Made by a program: the position numbers and the translations under genes. From NCBI GenBank assembly GCA_965261395.1, contig OZ253462.1, positions 4,320,001 to 4,384,000 on the forward strand: DNA of 64,000 nt, in the 5' to 3' direction. Below, in pieces: positions 36,034 through 45,775 of this stretch (within the stretch, counting starts at the first letter, position 1; the number at the start of each line of letters is the position of its first letter). The stretch comes from Candidatus Latescibacterota bacterium. GTDB taxonomy: Bacteria; Latescibacterota; UBA2968; UBA8231. The notes under the pieces are model-generated. The model saw only the letters and a program-made list of their open reading frames with translations. It did no database searches and was not told the DNA's origin.

Positions 36034-36194
36034 AAAATGCCAGCACATCCGTAATTTATTACAGCCCATTGTGTTATAGACAAAACATATATCGAATTAC
36101 CACTTGTTAATGGCCAGATTCGCCACTTGACTGGCGTCATTGGCCATTTTCGCTCCTTTAGTTATTATAACAAATCTTCAAAAAGGATCGTGCC

Positions 36195-37637
36195 ATGGCC
36201 AATCCATTGGTCTTGATCGGCTTGGGTGTCTATCTCGCGGTGATGCTCGGCGTTGGCCTATACGCTGGCCGCCGCGTCCGCAACTCGACCGACTTCATCG
36301 TCGCCGGCCAACGCCTGCCCCTGTTGCTCTGTACCGCAACCCTCGCAGCAACATGGTTTGGCGGTGGAATCTGCATTGGCGCTGCAAGTGCTGCATATAA
36401 GGGCGGCATCCTCGCGGTCATTGCCGACCCTTTTGGCGCGGCTTTGTGCCTGTTCCTCGCCGGCCTCTTTTACGTGCGGATGATGCGGCGCATGGGTTTG
36501 ATGACGATCGCATCCTTTTTTAGCCGCCGCTTCGGCCCTCGGGCGGGCCTACTGGCCAGCCTTTGCACCATTCCCGCCTATGTCGGCTGGACGGGCTCGC
36601 TCTTGGTGGCCTTTGGGCGAATCCTGCAGAGCCTCACCGGCATCGATCCCGCCATCGGCATCTGTGCAGCCGCAGTCATCGTGCTGATCTACACTTGGGC
36701 CGGCGGCATGTGGGCCGTAACGCTAACCGACTTTATCCAAGTGACCGTCCTCATACTCGGGTTGTTTATTTTGACGCCGATTCTCCTCGGCGACATGGGC
36801 GGCTGGAAGGCCCTCGTCGCTCAAATTCCGGCCTCCCGCTTCGATTTCTACCCTCGCGGCGACGCGACCAGTTGGTTGGCCTATGCGCGCGACTGGCTGG
36901 TCATCGGCCTCGGCAACCTAGCGGGCCAAGACCTAATCCAGCGCAGTCTTTCCAGCCGCGACGAAAAGGTGGCCTACCGCAGCGCGTACCTCGCTGGGCT
37001 GCTTTATATAACAGTCGGGCTATTGCCCGTTTTCCTCGGCATGGCGGGTGCGATCGTCCTCCCGGATTTGGCCGACCCCGACCTAGTTATGATGGCCCTC
37101 GCACTAAAGTACCTCCCGGATCTGGCCTTGGTCCTCTTTATGGGTGCCCTCGTCTCGGCCCTCCTGTCCAGCGCCGACAGTGCCCTCCTCGCTCCAGCGA
37201 GCGTCATTGGCTGGGACCTCCTGCGCTTTTTCAAACCCGACGCTGAAGAGCGGTCGTCGCTGCGCGTGACGCGCTGGTCCGTCCTCTTTTTGGGCGCGGT
37301 ATCTCTACTGTTGGCCCTCCGGACCGCTTCGGTGTACGATTTGATGGTCAACTCTTGGTCTGTGCTCCTCGCCTCGCTGTTCGTCCCGCTAACCGCTGGC
37401 TTGTGGTGGCCCAAAAGCAACGGCCCCGGGGCCTTAGCTTCCATAGGAGTCGGCCTGTGCACCTGGCAGATACTGAGGATGCTCTCCACGGATTTGCCGG
37501 CCGATCTTTTGGCCGTACCCTTTTCCGCCCTCGCCTTGGTAATCGTCAGCTTACTAACCCAGAAGCAGGCCCCGCCACAGCCCTTGCTCGATGCCGAGGG
37601 ACGCCCCCTGCCCTATAAAAACCGCTTGGGCATTTAA
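36195..37637 (+). CDS. Sodium:solute symporter family protein
   Basis: ~13 TM; DFIVAGQRL, ATWFGG, GGMWAVTLTDFIQ, SSADSALL. Confidence 0.92.
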   Translation: MANPLVLIGLGVYLAVMLGVGLYAGRRVRNSTDFIVAGQRLPLLLCTATLAATWFGGGICIGAASAAYKGGILAVIADPFGAALCLFLAGLFYVRMMRRMGLMTIASFFSRRFGPRAGLLASLCTIPAYVGWTGSLLVAFGRILQSLTGIDPAIGICAAAVIVLIYTWAGGMWAVTLTDFIQVTVLILGLFILTPILLGDMGGWKALVAQIPASRFDFYPRGDATSWLAYARDWLVIGLGNLAGQDLIQRSLSSRDEKVAYRSAYLAGLLYITVGLLPVFLGMAGAIVLPDLADPDLVMMALALKYLPDLALVLFMGALVSALLSSADSALLAPASVIGWDLLRFFKPDAEERSSLRVTRWSVLFLGAVSLLLALRTASVYDLMVNSWSVLLASLFVPLTAGLWWPKSNGPGALASIGVGLCTWQILRMLSTDLPADLLAVPFSALALVIVSLLTQKQAPPQPLLDAEGRPLPYKNRLGI

Positions 37638-37716
37638 TCCCAAACTTGCTTGACAGGTAGAAGCGCACGCTTAACTTGTTGGAAACTTACCACACCACTT
37701 AAAGAGGAATTTGACC

Positions 37717-39126
37717 ATGAAGATGTACATCGCCGGAGACTGGGTTGATAAAGCCGCAACCATGGACGTCGTCAACCCCTATGACGGCTCGGTCATCGAC
37801 ACCGTCCCGAGGGGCGACGCCGCAGACATCGACCGCGCCATTGACTCGGCCGAGCGCGGCACCAAGGCCATGGCCGCAATGAGCGCCTATGAGCGCTACC
37901 AGATCATCCATCGAGCGGCAGATATAATGCTAGAACGGCTCGACGACCTAGGGCGCACGATTACCCTCGAAGAGGGCAAGGTCCTCGCCGAGGGCATGGG
38001 CGAAGCATCCCGTGCCCAAGAGACTATCGTCCTGTCTGCCGAGGAAGCCAAGCGCTTGACTGGCGAAACGCTCGACCTGAGCGGGGCCTCTAACGGGGCG
38101 GGTAAATTCGGCTTTACACTGCGGGTTCCCTGTGGTGTAGTAGCCGCCATTACGCCTTTTAACTTCCCGCTCAATCTCGTCTGCCACAAAGTCGGCCCAG
38201 CCCTCGCGGCCGGCAATGCGATCATCATCAAACCCGCCAGCGACACCCCACTTTCGGCACTCAAACTGACCGAGATTTTTATCGACGCGGGCCTGCCGGA
38301 GGAAGCCATTCAATGCGTCACAGGTTCGGGCGGCGTCATTGGCGACGCAATCAGTTCCAATCCCAAGGTCCGCAAAATCAGCTTTACCGGCAGCCGCGAT
38401 GTCGGCGAACACATCTGTCAGATCGCCGGCCTGAAGAAAGTGACGATGGAGCTAGGCTCCAACGCTCCGCTGATCGTCATGCCAGACGCCGATCTCGAAA
38501 AAGTCGCCGCCGCCACCGCCAATTCCGGCTTTGCCAACGCAGGCCAAGTCTGCATCTCGACTCAGCGAGTATTCGCCAGCAGCGAGGTGTACGGGGATTT
38601 TATCGACGCCCTCAAACCCGCCGTCGAAGCCTTAACGACCGGCAATCCCCTTGACGGCGACGTCAAGATGGGGCCAATGATCCGCGCCCAAGACGCCGAG
38701 CGCGTCGAAGCTTGGGTCCAAGAAGCCGTTGGATCTGGAGCCAGCATCGTCACCGGCGGCACCCGTGAGGGCACGATGCACGCCCCGACCATCCTAGCCG
38801 ATGTAGCACCCGAGATGAAGGTCTCCTGCGACGAGATTTTTGGGCCGGCGCTCGGCGTCAGCCGGATCGACGATATCGATCAAGCCATCGCCATGGCCAA
38901 CGACACCAACTATGGTCTCAGCGCCGCAATTTTCACCGAAAACCTCAACTGGGCCCTCCAGTTTGCCCAGCAGGTGGAATCGGGCAACATCCACATCAAC
39001 TGGGGTACTCAGTGGCGCGCCGATCTGATGCCCTATGGCGGCCTCAAGGAAAGCGGCATGGGCAAAGAGGGCCCCAAATACGCGATCGAGGAGATGACCG
39101 AAACCAAGATGGTCGTCATCCATTAA
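37717..39126 (+). CDS. Aldehyde dehydrogenase
   Basis: ITPFNFP, FTGS, MELGSN, GQVCIS, EIFGP, PYGGLKESG. Confidence 0.95.
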   Translation: MKMYIAGDWVDKAATMDVVNPYDGSVIDTVPRGDAADIDRAIDSAERGTKAMAAMSAYERYQIIHRAADIMLERLDDLGRTITLEEGKVLAEGMGEASRAQETIVLSAEEAKRLTGETLDLSGASNGAGKFGFTLRVPCGVVAAITPFNFPLNLVCHKVGPALAAGNAIIIKPASDTPLSALKLTEIFIDAGLPEEAIQCVTGSGGVIGDAISSNPKVRKISFTGSRDVGEHICQIAGLKKVTMELGSNAPLIVMPDADLEKVAAATANSGFANAGQVCISTQRVFASSEVYGDFIDALKPAVEALTTGNPLDGDVKMGPMIRAQDAERVEAWVQEAVGSGASIVTGGTREGTMHAPTILADVAPEMKVSCDEIFGPALGVSRIDDIDQAIAMANDTNYGLSAAIFTENLNWALQFAQQVESGNIHINWGTQWRADLMPYGGLKESGMGKEGPKYAIEEMTETKMVVIH

Positions 39127-39145
39127 AAATCTCTGGCAACAACGC

Positions 39146-39186
39146 AAAAAGGGGGGACGCCCAGCCAGCGCGTCCCCCCTTTTTTA
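39146..39186. terminator. Bidirectional rho-independent terminator
   Basis: AAAAAGGGGGGACGC..GCGTCCCCCCTTTTTT between convergent genes. Confidence 0.88.
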
Positions 39187-39203
39187 TTTTTTCCCCGATC
39201 CTT

Positions 39204-40055
39204 TCAGGTCAACCCCAGCGACTCCAGAAACGCGACGCGAACCTGCCGCGTTATCGAACCCGGCGCACCATCGCCGATAACGGCATCATCAATCTGTACC
39301 ACCGGCATCGCCTCGGTAGCAGTACCGGCGAGAAAGACCTCTTCGGCTTCCTTAAATTGCTCCAGCGTGCAAAACTTTTCGTCGATGGGTATGCCGAGTT
39401 TGCGAGCCAAATCGAGAAGAATCCCCCTAGTGATACTCGGCAGGATATGAGGGCCAATAGGCGCTGTACACAATCGCCCCGCCTGTATGCAGAAAGCACT
39501 GGTCGAAGCCCCTTCGGTGACCCGACCTTCTGCATCGACCAGCAATGCCTCAAAAGCCCCCACTTGCGCCGCCGCCTGTTTGGCCAAGATGTTGGGCAGT
39601 AAGGCGATACTTTTGATATCGCAGCGCTTCCAGCGCAAGTCTTCGGTGCTAATGACCTCGACACCGCGGTCGTAGAGGTCCTGCGGTAGGCGATGCAATT
39701 CCTTAAACGTCATTACGACGGTGGGCGTGACCGAGACAGCGGGAAACTCGTGCCGCCTAGGGGCGACCCCGCGCGTAACTTGGATATAGACCAACGTCTC
39801 GCCAAAACCGCTCCGCTTAATGCCCTCCATCAGCTTGGCTCTAAGGCCATACTCGCAGATATCCAACGGCAAGTGCAGCGCTTCTAAGTTGCCTTGGAGG
39901 CGCGCCAAGTGCGGCTCTAAGGCATAGGGACACCCGCCGTAGGTCGCAACGACCTCATAGACGCCATCGGCGAACTGATAGCCCCGGTCCTCGACCGACA
40001 CCACGGCTTCCGCCAGTGGACAGAAGCGGCCATTGACATAGGCGACCTCAGGCAT
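39204..40055 (-). CDS. dat: D-amino acid aminotransferase (class IV PLP)
   Basis: EDRGYQFADGVYE, YIQVTRG, DIKSIALLPN, ILPSITR. Confidence 0.85.
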   Translation of the reverse strand: MPEVAYVNGRFCPLAEAVVSVEDRGYQFADGVYEVVATYGGCPYALEPHLARLQGNLEALHLPLDICEYGLRAKLMEGIKRSGFGETLVYIQVTRGVAPRRHEFPAVSVTPTVVMTFKELHRLPQDLYDRGVEVISTEDLRWKRCDIKSIALLPNILAKQAAAQVGAFEALLVDAEGRVTEGASTSAFCIQAGRLCTAPIGPHILPSITRGILLDLARKLGIPIDEKFCTLEQFKEAEEVFLAGTATEAMPVVQIDDAVIGDGAPGSITRQVRVAFLESLGLT

Positions 40056-40064
40056 CTCCCCTCG

Positions 40065-40829
40065 CTAGCGTTTGGCGAGGGCCTGCCACAAGGCCCGATA
40101 ATAGCGCATCAGGCGCAGGGGCTCTGGACTTTCGGGGATTTCGGCGAGGCAATAACCTGAGTAGCCGCTCTGCCGCAGCAGAGTAAAGAGCCGCTCCCAC
40201 GGGTAATCGCTCCACAACTCGGTAATGTGGACCAAGGCAATGGCGTCCTGCAAGGAGGCGAAACTGCCGTCGATGGAGCCGTCGACGAGGTCCGTTGCAT
40301 TGGAGTTCCAGCAGACAAAGACGTTGTCGTGGTCGGCGTAGTCGATGATCTTGCGGATGTTGGCTGGATTCGAGGTCGTGCGGCCGTGGACCTCCAAGCG
40401 AATCTGCACCCCTAGGTCGCGGGCGAATTCGCCGCACTCGCGCAAGCTGACGCCGATCTGCTCCAAGGTCTGCTCAATGGGGATCCCTTTATCTACGTGT
40501 ACGTTGTTGGGGCGCACCTTGACTCCTCCGACCCCGAGATCATGGGCTAAGCGCACGTATTCTTTGGTCCCGTCGATGTGACTTCGGAGCACCTGCGGAT
40601 CGACGGCGTCGTATTCAAAGGCGCTGCCCAACCCTACCAACTCGACCGCCGAGTCGGCAAAGCGCCTTTTGACCTCGGCTCGTTCAGTAGCACTGAGGCC
40701 GACTTCGACCCCGTGGGCGTGCGTCGTCCGCAACTCAACTCCGGCAAAACCGGCTTCTTCGCAACGGGCAATCAGCGTCTCTAAATCCCAATCGCGGCCC
40801 AAATTGTAGGTCACCATGCCGAGCTTCAC
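40065..40829 (-). CDS. Sugar phosphate isomerase/epimerase (xylose-isomerase-like TIM barrel)
   Basis: GFAGVELR, RLEVHG, VHI, LAEI. Confidence 0.8.
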   Translation of the reverse strand: MKLGMVTYNLGRDWDLETLIARCEEAGFAGVELRTTHAHGVEVGLSATERAEVKRRFADSAVELVGLGSAFEYDAVDPQVLRSHIDGTKEYVRLAHDLGVGGVKVRPNNVHVDKGIPIEQTLEQIGVSLRECGEFARDLGVQIRLEVHGRTTSNPANIRKIIDYADHDNVFVCWNSNATDLVDGSIDGSFASLQDAIALVHITELWSDYPWERLFTLLRQSGYSGYCLAEIPESPEPLRLMRYYRALWQALAKR

Positions 40830-42181
40830 GTTGCATTCCTCCCTGTTTGACCGCCGGCAAAGAGCTCCCGACGAAAGAGTGCCTTTTGTTGTTGGAGATA
40901 TTCGCCCTTACTCATGTTGGGCGCATGGGTTTGCAGGATGCCCTGGGCCGCGGACGCATCGCCGTACAGCAGGTCAATTGCCATCATGGCCAAGATTTTA
41001 GCCGGGGCGAGGTACCCAGCGGCTGGGTCGGCGATGCTCCAATCGGGTCCGTGGATCGTGCCGCTGGCCCCGGTCATAGCCGGGTGCAGCACGGGCATGA
41101 TCTGACTGAGGTCGCCAGCGTCGGTGGAGCCGCCGCCGTGGGGGTAATCCCGATACTGATCGGGGCCAAAAATCTGCGCAGCGTTGTCCTTAAAAAGCTG
41201 CCCTAAGTCGGGATCATTGCACAGCGGCAGGTACCCGGGCACGGTTTCGATCTCAACTGAGCAGCCGAGGGCGACCGCCGCACCCCGCAACGCCCGATCG
41301 ACCTTGTGAGACGCATCGAGTATCGCCTCGGAAGTGCGGGCGCGGACGTAGGTTTCCAGCCGCACATCGGCCGGGATGATATTGACCAGATCGCCCCCCT
41401 TGGTGATGATCGGATGCACCCGCACGCAGTCTTGGTCGCGGAAGGTCTCGCGCTGGGCGTCAATCGCGCTGAGGGCCAGTGTCGCCGCGCTGAGCGCGTT
41501 GACGCCTTTCTCTGGCGCACCTCCGGCGTGGGCAGCCCGGCCAATAAAACGCACGTTCTTGGCCAAGAAGCCATTGGACGAACGGGCGATCCCCACCGCT
41601 CCCTCGGTTTGGGCCGCACTGCTGGTGTGGATCATCACGGCCATATCTACGTCGTCGAAGTGGCCTAATTCGACCAGTTCGGGCTTGCCGCCGAGAAACG
41701 CGATCTTGCCTTCCTCGACAAGTCCTAAGCGGTAGTCTATCTCGACGTATTCTTCTGCGGGCACGGCGAAAAACGCGATGTCCCCAACCAATTCCTCGCT
41801 AACGCCGGCCTCTACAAGCCCATAGGCGGCCCCTACCATCCCGGCGATCTGGGCGTTGTGTCCACAGGCATGTGCCGCCCCGGTTGCCGGGTCGGCGCGT
41901 GGGTGATCGGGCACGATAAGCGCATCGAGTTCGCCCATCAGCGCCACCGTCGGCCCCAATTGCCGCCCTTTGAGCCGGGCCTTCACGCCAGTCAGTGCCA
42001 GTTCCCGCTCGTACTGCAATCCAAGATCGGAAAAACTTTCGCAGACGCGATGGGCCGTCTGCTCCTCCTTAAAGCCCAATTCGGGCTGGTCCATGATGGC
42101 TTCGCCCAGCCCGATGATCCGCTCGCTCTGCCGATCAATGGCCGCGCAGACAGCCGCCTTTAATTCCTCTTTGCTCCGCAT
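40826..42181 (-). CDS. M20-family amidohydrolase
   Basis: PELGFKE, GELDAL, HACGH, PAEE, GSTDAGD; start reassigned to MRSKEEL. Confidence 0.9.
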   Translation of the reverse strand: MRSKEELKAAVCAAIDRQSERIIGLGEAIMDQPELGFKEEQTAHRVCESFSDLGLQYERELALTGVKARLKGRQLGPTVALMGELDALIVPDHPRADPATGAAHACGHNAQIAGMVGAAYGLVEAGVSEELVGDIAFFAVPAEEYVEIDYRLGLVEEGKIAFLGGKPELVELGHFDDVDMAVMIHTSSAAQTEGAVGIARSSNGFLAKNVRFIGRAAHAGGAPEKGVNALSAATLALSAIDAQRETFRDQDCVRVHPIITKGGDLVNIIPADVRLETYVRARTSEAILDASHKVDRALRGAAVALGCSVEIETVPGYLPLCNDPDLGQLFKDNAAQIFGPDQYRDYPHGGGSTDAGDLSQIMPVLHPAMTGASGTIHGPDWSIADPAAGYLAPAKILAMMAIDLLYGDASAAQGILQTHAPNMSKGEYLQQQKALFRRELFAGGQTGRNAT

Positions 42182-42328
42182 AAATCTCCGTCTTTTTAGG
42201 TCGGCCAGTATAGCCGGCGTCGCTGGGGTTGTCAAGCAATTCCTTGGCTTGCGCAGGTATAGCACACCCCTTAATTTTTTGAGGCCGGAAGCCTTTGCCC
42301 AGCCCCAAACTCGTCCAGAGCCATTGCA

Positions 42329-42697
42329 TTGTACAAAATCCTTATCATCGACCGCAATCCCATATTTGGTGCCACCCTCGCCGGGCTGCTCGAGCGGGCC
42401 GGCTATCAGGTCGAAGTCGCCAACCAACTAGACGACGGACTCGACCACTACCTACTCAACGCCCCGGACTTAGTCCTCCTCGGCGTCGAGGTTGACGACC
42501 CCGCCCCTTTTGTCGCGGCGAGTCGCTTGCTCGGCAACACCAAGGTCATCGCCTTCCTGTCGCGCCAAAGGCGCTCATCCGACGACCTGCAGGAGGTGCT
42601 GCAAACCCTCAGAGGGTGCCCCATTTTTTACAAACCCTTCCGCACCGAGGACGTCCTCACCGCCATCGCCGCAGAATTAGTGCCGCACGAGACCTGA
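42329..42697 (+). CDS. Stand-alone atypical receiver domain
   Basis: KILIID, PDLVLLG (G at the phospho-Asp position), YKPF; TTG start. Confidence 0.7.
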   Translation: MYKILIIDRNPIFGATLAGLLERAGYQVEVANQLDDGLDHYLLNAPDLVLLGVEVDDPAPFVAASRLLGNTKVIAFLSRQRRSSDDLQEVLQTLRGCPIFYKPFRTEDVLTAIAAELVPHET

Positions 42698-42700
42698 GCC

Positions 42701-43678
42701 TCAGCCGTGCGACAACACCCCGATGTCCTCGCCGCGCTGATAGTTAAGCGCATCTACCATCATCCGCACGATGTCGCAACTGGGGCTGAACCCTAGATAT
42801 TCCTCGGCCTTGCGCAGGTTGAATTCGTAAAAGGTGGGAGTAGCCTTTACAGCCGCTTCGACGTGGGGCATGTCGCGCAATTCGGCGAGCCGGTAACTAA
42901 CCTCGTCCCAAGTGAAAGGACGCGGCCCAGCTAGCTGGAAGGTCTCGCCCAACGCCCTTTCTTTGCCCAAGGCGCAAAGGCACCCATGCACGATGTCGCG
43001 CACATCGGCGATGTGCTTTTTGAAGGGACGGTCGCGCTGGTCTTTTAGTAGCACCGCGCACTCCTCGCCCTGCCACAGGGCAGCCAGTTCCGGGTGCACC
43101 TCCTTCATCTTGCTCAGGTAGAACTGCGGGAACTGCAAAATTTCGTCCGCCGCCCGGACCATGGCGAAACGCAAGATCGTCGTCGGCACCCCGTAGCCCT
43201 GCCAATAGCCGTTGCACAATTCCTCGCCCAGCGCCTTAGTCAAGGCATAAGCCCCCTTGGGCACACACGGCGTCTGTTCATCAATGGGCGAGCTCATGCC
43301 GCCGGGGACGTACTTGTCGTAGAGCGCATCCGAGCTGGCGAACAGGAGTTGGCCCATCCCCTTCACTCGACGCACGGCCTCTAGCATGTTGAAGGTGCCG
43401 CGCACGTTGATCTCAAAAAACTCCTCGTCGGTAAAGGGGCCACCACCCTGGAAGGCCGCCCCCAAGTGATAGACTGCCTCAACTCCCTCGACCGCCTGCT
43501 CGACTGCGGCCGGCTCTGTCAAACTCCCCTCGACTAGCTCGACCTGCATCTTCTTGAGGTTTTCCACTCGCGGATCTCGGGGCCAGACCAACCCGCGCAG
43601 ATGGTGGCCGCGCTCGACGAGTTGTTTGGCCAAGTTGGCACCAATGCGGCCGGTAATCCCAGTAATCAGTATCTTCAC
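42701..43678 (-). CDS. NAD-dependent epimerase/dehydratase
   Basis: ITGITGRIG, FASS, YALTK. Confidence 0.9.
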   Translation of the reverse strand: MKILITGITGRIGANLAKQLVERGHHLRGLVWPRDPRVENLKKMQVELVEGSLTEPAAVEQAVEGVEAVYHLGAAFQGGGPFTDEEFFEINVRGTFNMLEAVRRVKGMGQLLFASSDALYDKYVPGGMSSPIDEQTPCVPKGAYALTKALGEELCNGYWQGYGVPTTILRFAMVRAADEILQFPQFYLSKMKEVHPELAALWQGEECAVLLKDQRDRPFKKHIADVRDIVHGCLCALGKERALGETFQLAGPRPFTWDEVSYRLAELRDMPHVEAAVKATPTFYEFNLRKAEEYLGFSPSCDIVRMMVDALNYQRGEDIGVLSHG

Positions 43679-43833
43679 GCAGCCCTCCCGGTTGAATTGC
43701 CAACAACAAACCGCACCGCATCGCTGCTGGCAACCCCACCGCGACGAGAAAGAAGGCTGGAAAAGATGACGGCCTGTTTTATATTTAAAGAATATTACTT
43801 CCTCGGCCCTTGGCTTGACGCCTTACAACGAAG

Positions 43834-45114
43834 ATGTCACCTGCTCAACTTCGCATTCTAGTCCCTCTCGAAAACCCGCACCAAGAACACAATCTCGTCG
43901 ACTTGGCTGCGACCCTCGCCCCTTCTCCTTGGGGCGAACTGCACTTGACCCACATCCTGACGCCCGACTCTGCACCCCTGCCCAACATAGAACAGGCACT
44001 CCAAGTTTCGGCCGACCGGGCCATGGCCCACGACATCGGCGCAATCGCGCATTTGGAAGAAGACGAGGACGTGACGAGCGGAATTCAGCGGGCTGTCCGC
44101 CGCTGGAGCTGCAACATGATGCTCATGGCCTGGAAGGCCAATGTCGAGCGCGACGCGATCCTATCCGCAGCCAACCGCGCTCTGACCAAGGCCATCGACG
44201 TCGACACCTTGATTTTTAAGGAAAAGAAGCGCGGGCCGGTGCGCCGGATTCTCGTGCCCTTCGGCGGCGGCAATCACGCGCTGGTGGGCGTGCAGATCGC
44301 CTACGATCTGGCCCAAACCTGGGGCGCTGAGTTGGAGATTCTCCGCATCGCCCGCGACACCCGCGACCCCTCCGACCCGATCCTCCAGCGCTACTGTTCG
44401 CAGCTAGCCGCAGACACGCGCTTGCAGCTAGAGTTGCTGAAGATCGATGTACCGTTGACGGTGGTCCCGGCCGTCGATGTGGTCCCGGCCATCGTCGAAA
44501 AGGCGCAAAACCACGATTTGATCGTACTCGGTGCCTCAAACGACTGGCGCCAAGAGGAACATCTCGCCGGCTCCATCCCGGACGAGATCGCCTATCGGGT
44601 GCCCTGTTCGGTACTAATGGTCCGCTCGGCTGCGGCCAACGACTTGCAGCTAAGTCGCATTTTCTGGGAGCACACCATCCGCTTGGACCTCACCCCCAAA
44701 GACAAGTGGGATGCCATCGCCCAGATGGTCGATGCGTTAATCGAAGAAAAACAAATCCCCGCCAACGAACGCCAGACCGTACTCGAGGCCGCGCTCGACC
44801 GCGAGCGCAAAGGCTCAACCTCGCTAGGGCACGGCACGGCCATTCCCCATGCGCCCATCCCGGATCTGGACGGGATTATCGGCTGCTTGGGGATTTGCCG
44901 ACAGGGCATTGACTTTGAAGGTACTACCCCTGAGCCGGTACACTTCATCTTCCTGCTGTTGACCCCGGAACAAAACTACCGCAGCTATATCCCGATCCTC
45001 GCCCAGATCGCGACCTTGATGCATGCCGACACCACCCACCGCGACATGCTCGCCTCGCAAACGCCGGCGGAAATAACCGCCGTTCTCAAGAGCCTGCCGC
45101 AACCGCGCCGCTAA
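43834..45114 (+). CDS. Tandem universal stress protein domains fused to PTS EIIA (Ntr/Fru type)
   Basis: RILVPL, RILVPFGGG, DLIVLGA, PCSVLMVR; DRERKGSTSLGHGTAIPHA. Confidence 0.85.
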   Translation: MSPAQLRILVPLENPHQEHNLVDLAATLAPSPWGELHLTHILTPDSAPLPNIEQALQVSADRAMAHDIGAIAHLEEDEDVTSGIQRAVRRWSCNMMLMAWKANVERDAILSAANRALTKAIDVDTLIFKEKKRGPVRRILVPFGGGNHALVGVQIAYDLAQTWGAELEILRIARDTRDPSDPILQRYCSQLAADTRLQLELLKIDVPLTVVPAVDVVPAIVEKAQNHDLIVLGASNDWRQEEHLAGSIPDEIAYRVPCSVLMVRSAAANDLQLSRIFWEHTIRLDLTPKDKWDAIAQMVDALIEEKQIPANERQTVLEAALDRERKGSTSLGHGTAIPHAPIPDLDGIIGCLGICRQGIDFEGTTPEPVHFIFLLLTPEQNYRSYIPILAQIATLMHADTTHRDMLASQTPAEITAVLKSLPQPRR

Positions 45115-45761
45115 GCCCCCTCGACCTGGCCGGCAAAATAATCGCAATGCGGCATGAGTACGCACTCGTCGCACAGGGGCTTGCGCGCCTTGCACACGTA
45201 GCGACCGTGCAAAACCACGCGCTGTCCAAAAGCCGTCCATTCCTCGGCTGGCAGTAGCTGCTCTAAGGCCATTTCGACCTTGGCCGGATCCTTTTCTGCA
45301 GTCAGCCCCAAGCGCCGACCCACCCGGCCTACGTGCGTATCGACCACGATGCCGGGCACGCCATACACGTTGCCGAGGATGACATTGGCACTCTTGCGAC
45401 CAATGCCGGGCAAGCGAGTCAAAGCGTCCATTTGCCCGGGGACTTGGCCGTCGTGTTCGGCAATGAGCATCGCCATGGCCGCGCGGATATTTTTGGCCTT
45501 TTGCCGGTAGAAGCCGGTTGGACGAATATCCTTCTCCAGTTCCTCTGCCTTCACCGCCACGTAATCGGCTGCGCACTGGTATTTTTTGAACAACACTGCG
45601 GTGACTTCATTGACCTTAACATCCGTGCTCTGCGCCGCGAGCACGGTGGCCACCATCAGCTCCAAGGCATTGCCGTAGTTGAGTTCCACTCTCGCTTCGG
45701 GAATGGTTTTCTTCAATTCCCTACAGACGATCTGTGCCCGCTCGACTTCGCGCTCCCCCAC
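45111..45761 (-). CDS. nth: Endonuclease III
   Basis: LAAQSTD, LPGIGRKSANV, VDTHV, CKARKPLCDEC.....C; probable GTG start. Confidence 0.95.
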   Translation of the reverse strand: MGEREVERAQIVCRELKKTIPEARVELNYGNALELMVATVLAAQSTDVKVNEVTAVLFKKYQCAADYVAVKAEELEKDIRPTGFYRQKAKNIRAAMAMLIAEHDGQVPGQMDALTRLPGIGRKSANVILGNVYGVPGIVVDTHVGRVGRRLGLTAEKDPAKVEMALEQLLPAEEWTAFGQRVVLHGRYVCKARKPLCDECVLMPHCDYFAGQVEGA

Positions 45762-45775
45762 TTCGACTTCCTTCT

